Source of the DNA: Anolis carolinensis
Lineage: Eukaryota
NCBI RefSeq assembly: GCF_035594765.1
Contig: NC_085844.1
Location: forward strand, 146,708,107-146,772,106
Length of the DNA: 64,000 nucleotides
Direction: 5' to 3'
Part shown: one piece after another, positions 63,130 through 64,000 of the stretch
Position numbering within the stretch: position 1 is the stretch's first letter
Layout: every line of letters starts with the position of its first letter
The notes under the pieces: model-generated
What the model saw: the letters and a program-made list of their open reading frames with translations, nothing else
What the model was told of the DNA's origin: nothing
The model's database searches: none
Position numbers and translations under genes: made by a program

Positions 63130-63597
63130 CAGTAGAGTCTCACTTATCCAACATAAACGGACCGGCAGAACGTTGGATAAGCAAATATGTTGGATAATAA
63201 GGAGGGATTAAGGAATAGTCTATTAAACGTCAAATTACGTTATGATTTTACAAATTAATCACCAAGACATCATGTTTTACAACAAACTGACAGAAAAAGC
63301 AGTTCAATGCACAGTAACGTTATGTAGTAATTACTGTCTTTACGAATTTAGCACCAAAACATTGCAGTGTATGGAAAACATTGACTACGAAAACATTGGC
63401 TACTAACAAATTAACTACAAATAAAGATAGAATTGCATAAAATGAATTTACAGTAACAACATTGTCAGAAATTAAATGCGTAAAAAGTTCAGTCCTTGCT
63501 GCCTAGAGAAACAGTTGTGGATCTGGGCGGAAGGCAGACTGCGTTGGATAATCCAGATTGTTGGATAAGCGAATGTTGGATAAGTGAGACTCTACTG
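63130..63597. mobile_element. Tc1/mariner MITE, longer subfamily
   Basis: Same TIR and TA TSD, about 145 bp extra internal sequence. Confidence 0.87.
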
Positions 63598-64000
63598 TAC
63601 TCAAAAATTAGCTCAATGCTTTGGAGGGCTTCTGGTATTACATATAGGGGTCTCAAGGGCCTCTCCTAACATATGGGATTCCATCCGTCCTAGACATCCA
63701 TAAGAAGAAATTAAGGACAGGCACAATATACTTACCACATTGAAAACTTATTATTTAAACTTCCCATGTGATATAAATGCATTTCAAAATACCTAAATGT
63801 AACAGAATCATGCATAAAGGGCAACATAATATCATATACCCATGTATCTCAGCAGAAAACAGATCTCTTTAGTCTGCGACATTTTGCACTTAATTGTTAC
63901 ATTCATTTCACATTTCAGCTTCCCTAACCCTCCAGAAGATTTTCGCAGTAGATCTCAAAGCTTCACTGTTTAAAAGGAAAAGGAGGGAGAGAAGGGAAAA

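Noticed and set aside
55911-64000. First coding exon of the long BCAR3 isoform
   Set aside because: No FASLPR or HGTLPRKK-like sequence found; it presumably lies beyond the window

Overview
Vertebrate genomic DNA, almost certainly a squamate and most likely an Anolis lizard, judged from Sauria SINE, AnolisSINE2, Penelope, CR1, L2, RTE and R4/Dong repeats. The whole window appears to lie inside one minus-strand gene, BCAR3 (NSP2; SH2 plus Cdc25/RasGEF-like adaptor). Five internal coding exons with canonical AG/GT borders and consistent phases can be read: 55910-55871, 12750-12604, 6454-6012, 5125-5025 and 1950-1331. The first coding exon of the long isoform and the C-terminal exons lie outside the window. 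The 43 kb intron between the 40-nt exon and the pre-SH2 exon holds an alternative first coding exon that the ORF track misses (30906-30823, MPKDRNALQTLIAFLCCFYHRKTIIGVK), plus two weaker candidate first exons; all three would splice in phase 0 to the acceptor at 12750. The rest is intron packed with SINEs, LINE 3' ends, hAT/Tc-mariner/Chapaev MITEs, a Helitron, LTR remnants, nested insertions and one assembly gap. I see no convincing wholly new system. The best leads are the swappable N-terminal exons with a candidate palmitoylation motif, an in-frame intra-exonic duplication before the SH2 domain, decayed Penelope hammerhead ribozymes, and an unclassified ~330 bp repeat. Repeat family names and comparisons with human proteins are from recall, not database searches.
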